Assembly (NCBI GenBank): GCA_965207455.1 | Contig: CBDBMJ010000003.1 | Coordinates: forward strand, 182,489 to 246,488 | DNA from: Bdellovibrionota bacterium | GTDB lineage: Bacteria; Bdellovibrionota; UBA1018; CAIPTA01; JAALKR01 | DNA: 64,000 bases | Reading direction: 5' to 3' | Part shown: one piece after another, positions 8,808-17,883 of the stretch | Numbering within the stretch: the stretch's first letter is position 1 | How the letters are laid out: the number at the start of each line of letters is the position of its first letter | Translations under genes and position numbers: made by a program | Notes under the pieces: generated by a model | What the model was told of the DNA's origin: nothing | Database searches by the model: none | What the model saw: only the letters and a program-made list of their open reading frames with translations

Positions 8808-9677
8808 TTACATGGGAAGAAAGGATTTTTTCGACGATAGTTTTTCACAGGCACCAAGAAAGGGACCCCTATAAACTTCTTTTTCCATCCATTCTTTCTC
8901 TGAGTCTAAACTTTCTTCTGCAATCTTTTTATACCAGTAACGACGTTCGGGATTCCAACTATAGCCTTGTTTTTTTAAAAGATCCTTGCTTTGAAAAGGT
9001 GCGTTTAACGCTTTCATATAAACCATGGTTTTTTTTGCTCTGTCCAATAATTCCTGAAAATAGGGCTTTCCCGTCCGAATATCCGTCTTTAATAAAAGAT
9101 TGAGTGTGGCATTCACATCCTCCACTGCTCGGTGGGAGCGGACAAAAAATCCGTGCAACATGATCAGTATTTCTAATTTTCGGGACGACAAGCCTTTAGC
9201 TTTCCAATCCACTTGAGTGAGGGAGCAAGCCCAAAGAGCCTCGGTGGTTATTTTTTTTTCAATAAACGGCCGATCAAATGCGGCATTATGGGCAATGATG
9301 AGATCCGACTGTTGGAAGAATGTGTGCACTTTTTCCCAGTCAATTGATTTTCCTGATAGCATTTCGTCGCTTAGGCCCGTTATATCCTGCACCTCTTGAG
9401 AAAGAGGCGTGCCGGGGTCTTCCAATTCGTTATAGGATTCGTTCACGCTCACAACTTCTCCCGTAGAGGCGTGGTATTGAAACTGACGCAAGCCAATCTC
9501 AATAATCACATCTTTCGTATAATCTAAACCCGTGGTTTCCAGATCCACCACTAGGCCCGTGCATACATTCTCCTTGGAGACCGAGTCTTTGGGCAAAGAA
9601 AAGTCGCCTTGAAATCGATGTAACGTGATGGTGTTTCCGTCCTCGGACAAACCTGCGCTTTGAATAAATCGTGCCAT
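8808..9677 (-). CDS. DEDDh 3'-5' exonuclease (DnaQ/ExoX-like) with C-terminal extension
   Basis: 289 aa. It carries LVVDLETTGLD (Exo I), IIAHNAAFDRPFI (Exo II) and HRAVEDVNATLNLL (Exo III, H-x4-D). The extra roughly 80 aa C-terminal domain is of unknown function. Confidence 0.75.
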   Translation of the reverse strand: MARFIQSAGLSEDGNTITLHRFQGDFSLPKDSVSKENVCTGLVVDLETTGLDYTKDVIIEIGLRQFQYHASTGEVVSVNESYNELEDPGTPLSQEVQDITGLSDEMLSGKSIDWEKVHTFFQQSDLIIAHNAAFDRPFIEKKITTEALWACSLTQVDWKAKGLSSRKLEILIMLHGFFVRSHRAVEDVNATLNLLLKTDIRTGKPYFQELLDRAKKTMVYMKALNAPFQSKDLLKKQGYSWNPERRYWYKKIAEESLDSEKEWMEKEVYRGPFLGACEKLSSKKSFLPM

Positions 9678-9748
9678 ATTCCTACCCCCAGTCGTATGAA
9701 TTCAACATAGAATACCCAGATTCTCAAGGAACAGGGTATAATAAAAAT

Positions 9749-11101
9749 ATGCAACTGTCTTTGGAACAGATTATAGAAACGCCGGTGGACAGCTTAAATT
9801 CCCAAGGGCAGGGTGTGGCTCACCATAACGGCATCACTCTTTTTATCGACGGGGCTTTGCCCATGGAGGTGGTGCAAGCCCAAATATACCAAATAAAAAA
9901 ACGCTATGCCTGTGCCACTGCCATAAAAATCATAAAGCCATCTCCAGTACGGGAGGATAAGCCCCCCTGTATACATTTTGGTAGCTGCGGAGGTTGTCAT
10001 CTCATGCATTTAAGCTACCCGGCTCAGTTGGAAGAAAAGGGGCGGCATGTGAAAAATTGTATGGAGCGGATTGCAAAGCTTTCTCCATCGCCCGCAATCT
10101 TGCCCTGTATTTCCTCTCCTCAAATACTAGCCTATCGAAATAAAGTGCAGATCAATATGGGGATGGATGGAGACAATATCATTGGTGGTTTTTACGCTTT
10201 GCGATCCCATTCCATCGTGGCAATGGAAAGTTGCCCTATCCATCTCCCTCTGGGCGACCAAGCCTATCAAGCAGCATTAACTTTTTTGCGCCAGGAAAGT
10301 ATCGTTCCCTACGACGAGTCCACGAGAAGGGGAACGTTACGTCGCCTATGGATACGGACCACTCAAAAAACCCAGGAAGTGCTCCTAGTTTTTATTACAA
10401 CCCGGCCCCAAACAAAAATCTTACAGAAAATTGCTAAAAAACTTATGGACACAATCCCTTCCATCGTGGGTGTTCTCCAAAATATTCAACCAAGCCGGGG
10501 GAATACCACCCTAAGTTCCACATTCATTACCCTAGGGGGACGAAGTTATGTAAAAGAAACGTTTATGGATTTAGAGTGGAGGCTTTCTCCACAGTCCTTT
10601 TTTCAAATGAATACACCGCAAGCAGAAACATTATACCGTGAGGCTCTCCAGATGGCTGAACTCACGGGCACAGAAACGGTTGTGGATGGGTACTGTGGCA
10701 CAGGAACTTTATCTCTCGTACTTTCCCAACACGCCCAGCAGGTATTGGGGGTAGATTCTGTCCGTGCTGCCATTGAGGATGCAAAACATAATGCCCAAAT
10801 CAATGGAATAGAAAATGCCCATTTTCACTGCGGTACTATGGAAGCTCTTCTGCCCAATATGAAGCCCTTTCAAATTATTTTTCTGGACCCTCCCCGGAAG
10901 GGTTGTGATCGCTCTGTATTGGAAACAATTGCCCGTGTAGGGCCTCAAAAGATAATTTATATTTCTTGCGACCCTGCCACTCTAGCTAGAGATCTTGCCA
11001 TTCTCCAAACCCATTCCTATCATGTGAAAAAAATACAGCCCCTGGACATGTTCCCTCAAACTTCCCATGTGGAATGTGTTGCGCTCATAGAGCGCTTGTG
11101 A
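9749..11101 (+). CDS. rlmD: 23S rRNA (uracil-5-)-methyltransferase RlmD/RumA family (TRAM + 4Fe-4S + SAM MTase)
   Basis: A TRAM-like N-terminus (GQGVAHHNGITLFIDGALPMEV), a Cys cluster (CIHFGSCGGCHLMH), a SAM motif (VVDGYCGTGTLSL) and DPPRKG are present. The ORF track starts at 9671, but the first TRAM-aligned Met is at 9749. A TATAAT lies at 9737-9742 and there is no SD, so the mRNA may be leaderless. Confidence 0.8.
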   Translation: MQLSLEQIIETPVDSLNSQGQGVAHHNGITLFIDGALPMEVVQAQIYQIKKRYACATAIKIIKPSPVREDKPPCIHFGSCGGCHLMHLSYPAQLEEKGRHVKNCMERIAKLSPSPAILPCISSPQILAYRNKVQINMGMDGDNIIGGFYALRSHSIVAMESCPIHLPLGDQAYQAALTFLRQESIVPYDESTRRGTLRRLWIRTTQKTQEVLLVFITTRPQTKILQKIAKKLMDTIPSIVGVLQNIQPSRGNTTLSSTFITLGGRSYVKETFMDLEWRLSPQSFFQMNTPQAETLYREALQMAELTGTETVVDGYCGTGTLSLVLSQHAQQVLGVDSVRAAIEDAKHNAQINGIENAHFHCGTMEALLPNMKPFQIIFLDPPRKGCDRSVLETIARVGPQKIIYISCDPATLARDLAILQTHSYHVKKIQPLDMFPQTSHVECVALIERL

Positions 11102-11115
11102 GAAAATTGAAAATC

Positions 11116-12990
11116 ATGGGACAATCTTCTTTACTAAGCAATCCTAAGTTTTGGCCTCTTTTCTATACCCAATTATTTGGAGCCTTTAATGACAATTTCT
11201 TTAAAAATGGATTGATAATCCTCATTACCTATCAGTCCATGAAAATCGGATCCCTAGATCCTCCAACGCTTGTGGCTCTCTGTGGAGCTATATTTATCTT
11301 TCCATTTTTCCTTTTCTCTGCCACTGCTGGACAACTGGCCGACAAATATGAAAAGTCGAAAATGATCGTCTATATTAAAGTCCTAGAAATTTTCATTATG
11401 CTTTTAGCGACTGTCGGTTTTATAACAGGAAGTATCCAAGTCCTCATGGCCACGCTCTTTCTTATGGGAACCCAATCCGCATTCTTTGGTCCTCTAAAGT
11501 ATAGTTACTTCCCACAAATCCTACCCGATAATGAACTCGTGGGAGTAAATGCTCTCCTCCAAACGGGAACTTTTTTAGCTATTTTGCTGGGCACTCTTGC
11601 GGGCGGTATAATCATAGCTATCCCCGGCAATGGACCCATCTACATCAGCATTGGCGTAATTCTTTTAGCTTTTATTGGTTTTTTCTTTAGTCGAGCCATA
11701 CCTTCCATAGAAGTAAAAGATCCCAGTCTTCGTGTGGAGTATAACCCCATCTTTCCCACTTGGAGAATCATCCGTTATATACTTCAGGATCGAACCATTG
11801 CTCTTGCCACATTTGGAACCAGTTGGTTTTGGTTCTATGGAGCAGCCATGCTTTCCCTATTTCCTGGATATGCAAAAACAACCTTAGGCGGGAATGAACA
11901 TGTGGCCACTCTCCTGTTGGCTCTTTTTTCCGTCGGCATTGGTCTTGGGTGCATGATCTGTAAGAAGATATCTGGACGAAACTTAGAGCTTGGACTTGTA
12001 CCCATAGGCTCTATAGGCCTCACCATATTTATTTTTGATTTATTTTTAATCCCTTACTCCGACTATAGTGGAATGGCTCCACTTACCCTGATGGAATTCC
12101 TCAATGCTCCAAATAGTTTTCGAGTGATATTTGATCTAACCATGGTTTCTTTTTCAGGTGGATTTTTTATCGTCCCCATGATGACCTTGATCCAACAAAA
12201 AGCCTCTAAAGCACACCTGTCGCGAGTGATTGCTGCGGGAAATATTATTAACGCTTTGTTTATGGTGGTGGCAGCTGTCATGCTCACCATACTTTTTAAA
12301 TATAATTTTGCATCAACAGAAATCTTTGTGGTGCTGGCTGTTCTCAATCTTTTTGTTGCCATCTATGTATACACAGTCCTACCAGAATTTTTCCTGCGCT
12401 TTGTGGGCTGGATTCTCACAAAACTTATCTATCGCCTACGCCCCATGGGATTGGAACACATCCCTCACAAGGGTCCAGCTCTCCTCGTCTGTAACCATGT
12501 TACCTATGTGGACTGGCTATTCCTCACCGGTGCCATCCATCGCCCCATCCGTTTTATTATGAACTGTCGTTTTCTTGAAGTTCCCGTCGCCGGGTCCCTT
12601 CTTAAAATGGGCAAGGTAATCCCCATTGCTCCTGCGAAAGTAAACCCAGAAATTCTAAGCGCTGCATGGGAAACGGTACACGAGGCACTCCAAGATGGAA
12701 ATCTTGTGTGCATATTTCCAGAAGGCGTTCTTACGAAAGATGGAAAAATTGCTCACTTTCGTCCTGGCATAGAGAAAATTATTCAAAGAGACCCCGTTCC
12801 CGTAATACCCATGGCACTGTGTGGAGTTTGGCAAAGCTACTTTAGCACCCAAAAAGGTAACTTGCTCCAAAGATTTCCCGGCAAACTCTGGAAAAAAGTA
12901 AAACTGCGCATATCTTCTCCTCTAGACCCTCAACAAGCGACTTCTCAAAAACTCCATGAAATTATAACAGCTCTAGTCGATGAAAAATAA
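11116..12990 (+). CDS. fused MFS lysophospholipid transporter (LplT-like) and PlsC-type acyltransferase (Aas-like)
   Basis: The N-terminal roughly 420 aa has 12 predicted TM helices. The C-terminus carries CNHVTYVDWLFL (HX4D) and CIFPEGVLTKDG (FPEG box), both acyltransferase motifs. The ATG at 11116 follows the rlmD stop; the track start at 11074 would overlap rlmD. Confidence 0.75.
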   Translation: MGQSSLLSNPKFWPLFYTQLFGAFNDNFFKNGLIILITYQSMKIGSLDPPTLVALCGAIFIFPFFLFSATAGQLADKYEKSKMIVYIKVLEIFIMLLATVGFITGSIQVLMATLFLMGTQSAFFGPLKYSYFPQILPDNELVGVNALLQTGTFLAILLGTLAGGIIIAIPGNGPIYISIGVILLAFIGFFFSRAIPSIEVKDPSLRVEYNPIFPTWRIIRYILQDRTIALATFGTSWFWFYGAAMLSLFPGYAKTTLGGNEHVATLLLALFSVGIGLGCMICKKISGRNLELGLVPIGSIGLTIFIFDLFLIPYSDYSGMAPLTLMEFLNAPNSFRVIFDLTMVSFSGGFFIVPMMTLIQQKASKAHLSRVIAAGNIINALFMVVAAVMLTILFKYNFASTEIFVVLAVLNLFVAIYVYTVLPEFFLRFVGWILTKLIYRLRPMGLEHIPHKGPALLVCNHVTYVDWLFLTGAIHRPIRFIMNCRFLEVPVAGSLLKMGKVIPIAPAKVNPEILSAAWETVHEALQDGNLVCIFPEGVLTKDGKIAHFRPGIEKIIQRDPVPVIPMALCGVWQSYFSTQKGNLLQRFPGKLWKKVKLRISSPLDPQQATSQKLHEIITALVDEK

Positions 12991-13093
12991 ATAATCGCTG
13001 CTGCGCAAGTAATGTGAAGCAAATGTAACTCTTCTCTATTATAATAAATGCTACGAGCGCTGAGTTGCCTCAGCTGAGTTTCCTCAGCTTAAT

Positions 13094-13126
13094 AACATTA
13101 CTCGTAAATATTATTTTTTTGACGAG
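13094..13126. repeat. copy 1 of ~32-bp direct repeat aacatTactcgtaaatattatttttt(t)gacgag (contains an internal ctcgt...gacgag inverted repeat)
   Basis: A near-exact second copy lies at 13668-13699, immediately after a small secreted-protein gene. Confidence 0.6.
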
Positions 13127-13231
13127 CAAAAAAGAATTGACGTACAAAAAATATTCCGTTAAATTAAACCTTATAAAAGAGATGCATGGTGTAGCTCTTA
13201 AAAAAATTATCAAGAAAAGAGGAAAAAAATT

Positions 13232-13669
13232 ATGAACATACTAAAACTAATATTTGCATTCACTATACTTTGCTCCCTGTCAAGCGCTCCAGCTTTTGCC
13301 ATGGCAGAAGGTCCCACGACTGAAATGGAGATAGATTATGTGTCAGAAATGCCTGCAGACGCACTGGTAAACTGCCATAAGAAAGCCATTCCTGACCCTG
13401 ACGCTGACCATGAAATTGACCCTGACGGAAAGCGCTACTCAACGTTTTGTCAAACTACACAGACAGTTGAAATAAATGGAAAAGTAGAAACTTTTGAGAT
13501 TTTAATGAAACTCGCAATTGGCGGACTGGATAAGCGCTTTTATGTCAAACTTGACATAGATGTATATTCTTATAAGGATGCATTCTCACCAGTAGCCACT
13601 GTATCACTTCGCTGTAACGGAGGCCGTTTCAATGACCGCTGTAGGCTTTTGTTTGTAACGTTTGTATAA
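13232..13669 (+). CDS. small secreted protein (145 aa), Asp/Pro-rich, unknown function
   Basis: Signal peptide MNILKLIFAFTILCSLSSAPAFA. An AGAGGA RBS lies 8 nt upstream. A TTGACG-17-TAAATT promoter-like element is at about 13137-13165. Confidence 0.45.
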   Translation: MNILKLIFAFTILCSLSSAPAFAMAEGPTTEMEIDYVSEMPADALVNCHKKAIPDPDADHEIDPDGKRYSTFCQTTQTVEINGKVETFEILMKLAIGGLDKRFYVKLDIDVYSYKDAFSPVATVSLRCNGGRFNDRCRLLFVTFV

Positions 13670-13699
13670 CATCACTCGTAAATATTATTTTTTGACGAG
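13668..13699. repeat. copy 2 of ~32-bp direct repeat (overlaps stop codon of the small secreted-protein gene)
   Basis: Its sequence is aacatCactcgtaaatattattttttgacgag, which differs from copy 1 (13094-13126) by one mismatch and one T. Confidence 0.6.
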
Positions 13700-13834
13700 A
13701 AAGCCTACAATTTTTACATGAAAGAGGTGCAGATGAGCGGGATATTGGAATAGCTGAAATCAAAATTAAAGAACTAGAAAAAGACGGCAAAGAATAAGAA
13801 CACTCGCTGAAAGATTAACGTAACCGATACTAGA

Positions 13835-13864
13835 AAATCCCCTCCTACATGAGGGGATTTTTTT
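13835..13864. terminator. bidirectional Rho-independent terminator hairpin (aaatcccctc-ctacat-gaggggattt + T-run)
   Basis: A perfect 10-bp stem with a 6-nt loop is flanked by T-runs on both strands. It sits between the convergent small gene (13669) and the lipoprotein gene ending at 13905. Confidence 0.55.
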
Positions 13865-13904
13865 GCCTTCAGCAGCTAAGATAAATCAAAGCACCCCACA
13901 GTTC

Positions 13905-14861
13905 CTAAAATTTAATATTCGCTGTTGGCACAAGCTCATTACCGCCACTTTTACCATTCCCTAATTGCCCAACACTGTTGCTACCCCAGCATTTTGCAGT
14001 CCCATTACTTAAAAGAGCACAGCTATGCTCTGATCCAAGAGAAATGTCTATAGTACCAATAAACTCGTAGAGAGAACTTGCATCAGAGCAAGCAGAGCTA
14101 TTGCCAGCCCTGTCCGTCTGCTTTGCGTAATGAGTATATTCTCCTAGACTACTTAAACTGGAATCTATTGTGATGGAGTTCTCTGTAGTTGTTTCTGATG
14201 CCACTTGGCTTTCTTCCGTACAAGCGCTGTGCGTGTATAGAGTAACTTCCGCTCCAATCTCTACGCCCGAGATCAAAAAACTAGGCGATCTATCCGGTGA
14301 TGGACTGATAACTCCTTCGGTAAATGCTATTGCTGATTCTGCTGGCGCTAGCGTATCTAAATGGTATTTTATTTCTAAGCAATCAAAAACCTCTGCCCCA
14401 TTGGCATGTTTTGCATAATAAGTATATTCTCCATCATCAGTAATGGAACTTTTTAGCCCTACAGACACTTGACCATCTGCCGGGATTGAATCTGCGCTCA
14501 CTGATTCTCCAGCACATTCCTCCATTACATGCAGGCTGACCAATGCTCCACCTCTCACATTGAAAAACTTAAAAGCTGGTGATGAGTTCTTAGAGTAGTA
14601 TATGCCTTCCTCAGGATTAATTCCTTCTATTTCGATAGCAAATTCAGGCGGCGAATTAGGAGTAAACGAATTAAAGGGCAACAAATTACTACCCGAATCG
14701 CTACTGCTACAACCAACAAGGGCGGCAAACAGTATAAACGGTATTATGTGGAGATTGAGATTCTTACACGCCAATGTTCCACTGCTACGTAGGTTTTTCA
14801 AAACCCAACCTAAATACATGCAAGATGAACTACAAAGAGTTCCGAGCATTTTCACAAACAA
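13905..14861 (-). CDS. lipoprotein with two Ig-like internal repeats and a single C-terminal RCC1-type repeat (likely truncated RCC1-repeat protein)
   Basis: Lipobox ILFAALVGCSSS. There are two paralogous segments (...GEYTYYAKHANGAE...C and ...GEYTHYAKQTDRAGNSSAC). The C-terminal GSEHSCALLSNGTAKCWGSNSVGQLGNG is one RCC1 blade, after which the ORF stops. RCC1 propellers normally have about 7 blades. Confidence 0.45.
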   Translation of the reverse strand: MFVKMLGTLCSSSCMYLGWVLKNLRSSGTLACKNLNLHIIPFILFAALVGCSSSDSGSNLLPFNSFTPNSPPEFAIEIEGINPEEGIYYSKNSSPAFKFFNVRGGALVSLHVMEECAGESVSADSIPADGQVSVGLKSSITDDGEYTYYAKHANGAEVFDCLEIKYHLDTLAPAESAIAFTEGVISPSPDRSPSFLISGVEIGAEVTLYTHSACTEESQVASETTTENSITIDSSLSSLGEYTHYAKQTDRAGNSSACSDASSLYEFIGTIDISLGSEHSCALLSNGTAKCWGSNSVGQLGNGKSGGNELVPTANIKF

Positions 14862-15152
14862 ATTATTCTTCTAACTTACACTTGTTAAAACGGTCGGAAT
14901 CCGTAATACCTTTAGAGGTATTTTCATTATTAAATAAATACAAGAAAGAGTGTTGAAAAATTCTTCATTTGAACTCCAATACCGGACATGAAAAATAATT
15001 TAACCTTTTAAAATTTTCCCCGATCTTAGAACCTTGCTGATAATTACGGATAGAGTAAAAATTGAGAAATACACAATATTGTCGCTACGTTCTGGTCTAT
15101 CTCCCATAAAAACCAGATTTTCCTTGAGTCCCCTTATTAGCTAAGGTATTCC

Positions 15153-15266
15153 TTGGGTGGGTGTATCTGGCCCCATGCAAGTTTCTAGGGTGAACTCCGC
15201 CAGGACTGGAAGGTAGCAACGGTAATCTAATGGAGCTGTGTTGTGGTTTCGCTGGGTCGCCCACTA
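15153..15266 (+). ncRNA. ffs: signal recognition particle RNA (4.5S/ffs), small bacterial type
   Basis: It lies immediately upstream of dnaX, the conserved ffs-dnaX-ybaB-recR synteny. The domain IV-like core CCGCCAGGACUGGAAGGUAGCAACGG matches the bacterial consensus CCAGGUC-CGGAAGGAAGCAGC. The 5' GGGUGGGUG can pair with the 3' CGCCCAC (with one U-G wobble) as the terminal helix. The ends are approximate. Confidence 0.45.
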
Positions 15267-15288
15267 TCATAATATGGAGCATAAAAAA

Positions 15289-16929
15289 ATGTCTTACCTA
15301 GTATTAGCTCGAAAATATCGTCCCCAAAGTTTTCAGGAGCTTTTGGGTCAGGAACATATTACCCAAACCCTGAAAAACGCATTCCAGCAAAATAGGATTG
15401 GGCACGCCTATATTTTTTCAGGCACTCGCGGCATTGGAAAAACAAGCCTTGCCCGACTCCTAGCCAAAGCCCTGCGCTGCGAGCACCCCGATGCCCAACC
15501 CGGCAAACCCAAGTACGGAACCTCTTGTAATACATGCCAGTCCTGTTCCGACATCACAAAGTCTGCCGCCCTAGACGTACTGGAAATAGACGGTGCCTCC
15601 AACAACGGTGTAGAGCATATTCGTGAGATACGAGAAAACGTCAAATTCTTTCCCTCCAACGGCACAACGAAAATATATATTATCGACGAAGTTCACATGC
15701 TCACGGGCGCTGCTTTCAACGCCTTACTAAAAACACTGGAAGAACCTCCGTCCCATATTATTTTTATTTTTGCCACAACGGAGATCCATAAGGTGCCGGC
15801 CACTATTCTCTCTCGCTGCCAACGCTTTGACTTAAAAAGAGCGCCCCAGTCTTTGATTTTTCAATTCCTCCAACTCATTACAGAAAAAGAAAAACTAGAG
15901 GCAGACCCCGGCGCCTTACAACAGATTGCCCAAAAGGCAAGTGGCTCCTTTCGGGATTCCCTTTCCCTCTTGGACCAAGTCATTGCCCACTCCCATAGTA
16001 TGAGTGCTACCTCAATTACCGTAAAGAATACACAAGAGGTTCTGGGTATTGTCAGCCAAGAGCTGTTACAAGAAATATTTCATTCCCTAGTGAACAGCAA
16101 TCCAGTTGCGGCTCTTATGCGTGTGCAAGATGCTTTTGAGTCGGGCATGAGCATGAAATCATTGGCGATAGCATTGGCTGAATATTTCCGTAATGCCGTT
16201 CTTATAAAATTAGGCGTTACAAAAAATTTACTAACAATTACAGACGAGCAAGCAGCAACACTTTCCAAAAGTCTGGGCGACACACAGGAAACCCTACAAG
16301 CGAGTTTTGAAGTGATCTCAAAATCCATTCCTGAAATTGCCCAAAGCCCCCTCCCAAAAGCCACCTTGGAAATGGCATTGATTCGAGTCTCTCAGTTAGG
16401 ATCTTTGACCAGTGTAGCTGCTCTATTGGATCGACTTGAAAAGATGGAGAAAAACACGGCTGTACATGCTCCAGTCCCCATCGAGACTCCAGTCCCCACC
16501 GAGACTAGTCCTTGCCCACCCTCCAGCCATCCCCTCCAATGGGCACACTTTGTACAGTTTGCTCTCCAAAAACAGGCGAAGGTGGGAAGCCTACTGGAGC
16601 ACGCCACACCCGTAACTCCCATAGAGGAATGGAAAAGCCAGCAAACCCTCCAAATAGGCTTTTTCCAGTCCTTTTATTACCAACAGGCAAAGGCTAGGAA
16701 TAAAGAGTTAACCTCCTTGGTGCAAGAATACATTGGGGCAGAGAAGCTCTTGGTCATAGCAAAGGTCGACCGAACTCAAAAAGCTAAGCCCTCTATTGTA
16801 GCCACTGCTCAAAAAAGTCACGCCCAAAAAACCGACAAATTAAAAGAGAAATTTTTGCAGCAAAAAATCGTGCATGATACAAAAGAGATACTAAACACAA
16901 AAATGATAGACTTTAGAGTAAAGGAGTAA
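15289..16929 (+). CDS. dnaX: DNA polymerase III subunit tau/gamma
   Basis: The N-terminus MSYLVLARKYRPQSFQELLGQEHI, the Walker A GTRGIGKTSLARLLA, a Zn module (CNTCQSC) and the DEVHML box match DnaX. GGAG lies 10 nt upstream of the ATG at 15289; the track ORF starts earlier, at 15238, without an RBS. Confidence 0.9.
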   Translation: MSYLVLARKYRPQSFQELLGQEHITQTLKNAFQQNRIGHAYIFSGTRGIGKTSLARLLAKALRCEHPDAQPGKPKYGTSCNTCQSCSDITKSAALDVLEIDGASNNGVEHIREIRENVKFFPSNGTTKIYIIDEVHMLTGAAFNALLKTLEEPPSHIIFIFATTEIHKVPATILSRCQRFDLKRAPQSLIFQFLQLITEKEKLEADPGALQQIAQKASGSFRDSLSLLDQVIAHSHSMSATSITVKNTQEVLGIVSQELLQEIFHSLVNSNPVAALMRVQDAFESGMSMKSLAIALAEYFRNAVLIKLGVTKNLLTITDEQAATLSKSLGDTQETLQASFEVISKSIPEIAQSPLPKATLEMALIRVSQLGSLTSVAALLDRLEKMEKNTAVHAPVPIETPVPTETSPCPPSSHPLQWAHFVQFALQKQAKVGSLLEHATPVTPIEEWKSQQTLQIGFFQSFYYQQAKARNKELTSLVQEYIGAEKLLVIAKVDRTQKAKPSIVATAQKSHAQKTDKLKEKFLQQKIVHDTKEILNTKMIDFRVKE

Positions 16930-16933
16930 CGTT

Positions 16934-17266
16934 ATGCGAAAGTCCGGAGGAGGATTTGGAGGGAATATGCAACAGATGATGCAACAAGCCCAACAGATGC
17001 AAAAAAAAGTGCAAGAAGCCCAGGCAGCGTTGGCCACAGAGGAAGTGCAAGCCCAATCGGGTGGTGGAATCGTAAAAGTGACCGTCAGTGGAAACCAGGA
17101 CTTACTGGATATTACCATTGCCCCTGAAGCCTTAGAAGATGCAGAAATGCTCCAAGATATGGTAAAAGTAGCTATGAACAAGGCTCTAAAAGAGTCGAAA
17201 GAATTATCCGAAAAGAAAATGGGTGGCGCCATGGGAAACCTTCCCTTTCCCCCGGGGCTTTTTTAA
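16934..17266 (+). CDS. ybaB: nucleoid-associated protein YbaB/EbfC
   Basis: 110 aa with a Q-rich N-terminus (MQQMMQQAQQMQKK) and a coiled-coil, typical of YbaB. It sits between dnaX and recR. Confidence 0.85.
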   Translation: MRKSGGGFGGNMQQMMQQAQQMQKKVQEAQAALATEEVQAQSGGGIVKVTVSGNQDLLDITIAPEALEDAEMLQDMVKVAMNKALKESKELSEKKMGGAMGNLPFPPGLF

Positions 17267-17272
17267 GCAGTT

Positions 17273-17869
17273 ATGGACTACTTAAACCAGTTGGTTCATG
17301 AGTTATCAAAACTCCCTGGCATTGGACCAAAATCAGCAACTCGTCTCACCTACCATTTATTAAATACGAACAAGGAGAGTATCGAGCGACTATCCCACAC
17401 TTTGATTGCTGCCAAGGAAAATACCCGTTTATGCGATGAGTGCCATACCTATACGCAAACACAACTTTGTAGCATTTGTGAAAAAACAAATCGAAGCAAA
17501 CATCAAATTATTGTTGTGGAACGTCCCTGCGATGCAGACGCCATTGAAAATACCCACCACTTTCTCGGCACCTACCATGTACTCCACGGCTTGCTTTCTC
17601 CCATGGACGGCATCGGTCCCCAGCAGTTGAAATGCAAGGAGCTCATCCAAAGAATTTCCAAGCTGGAACAAACACAGGAGATAGAAATTATTTTAGCTAT
17701 AAACCCTAGTATAGAGGGAGAGGCCACCTGCCTGTACATAAAACAGATACTGAACTCTCCCATAAAAATTACTCGAATTGCGTACGGCTTACCCATGGGA
17801 GGAGCTTTAGAGTATGCGGATCAAATGACGATTACAAAAGCGTTGGATAATCGTGTGCAATATAAATAA
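17273..17869 (+). CDS. recR: recombination protein RecR
   Basis: 198 aa with an HhH N-terminus, a C4 zinc finger (CDECHTYTQTQLCSICE) and a Toprim domain. Confidence 0.9.
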   Translation: MDYLNQLVHELSKLPGIGPKSATRLTYHLLNTNKESIERLSHTLIAAKENTRLCDECHTYTQTQLCSICEKTNRSKHQIIVVERPCDADAIENTHHFLGTYHVLHGLLSPMDGIGPQQLKCKELIQRISKLEQTQEIEIILAINPSIEGEATCLYIKQILNSPIKITRIAYGLPMGGALEYADQMTITKALDNRVQYK

Positions 17870-17883
17870 TAGGAGGCCAAAAG

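Noticed and set aside
12991-13090. Twin hairpins gctgagttgcctcagc / agctgagtttcctcagct after the MFS-acyltransferase gene, considered as a terminator
   Set aside because: The stems are short and there is no following T-tract. They may be a weak terminator or an REP-like element, too uncertain to call.
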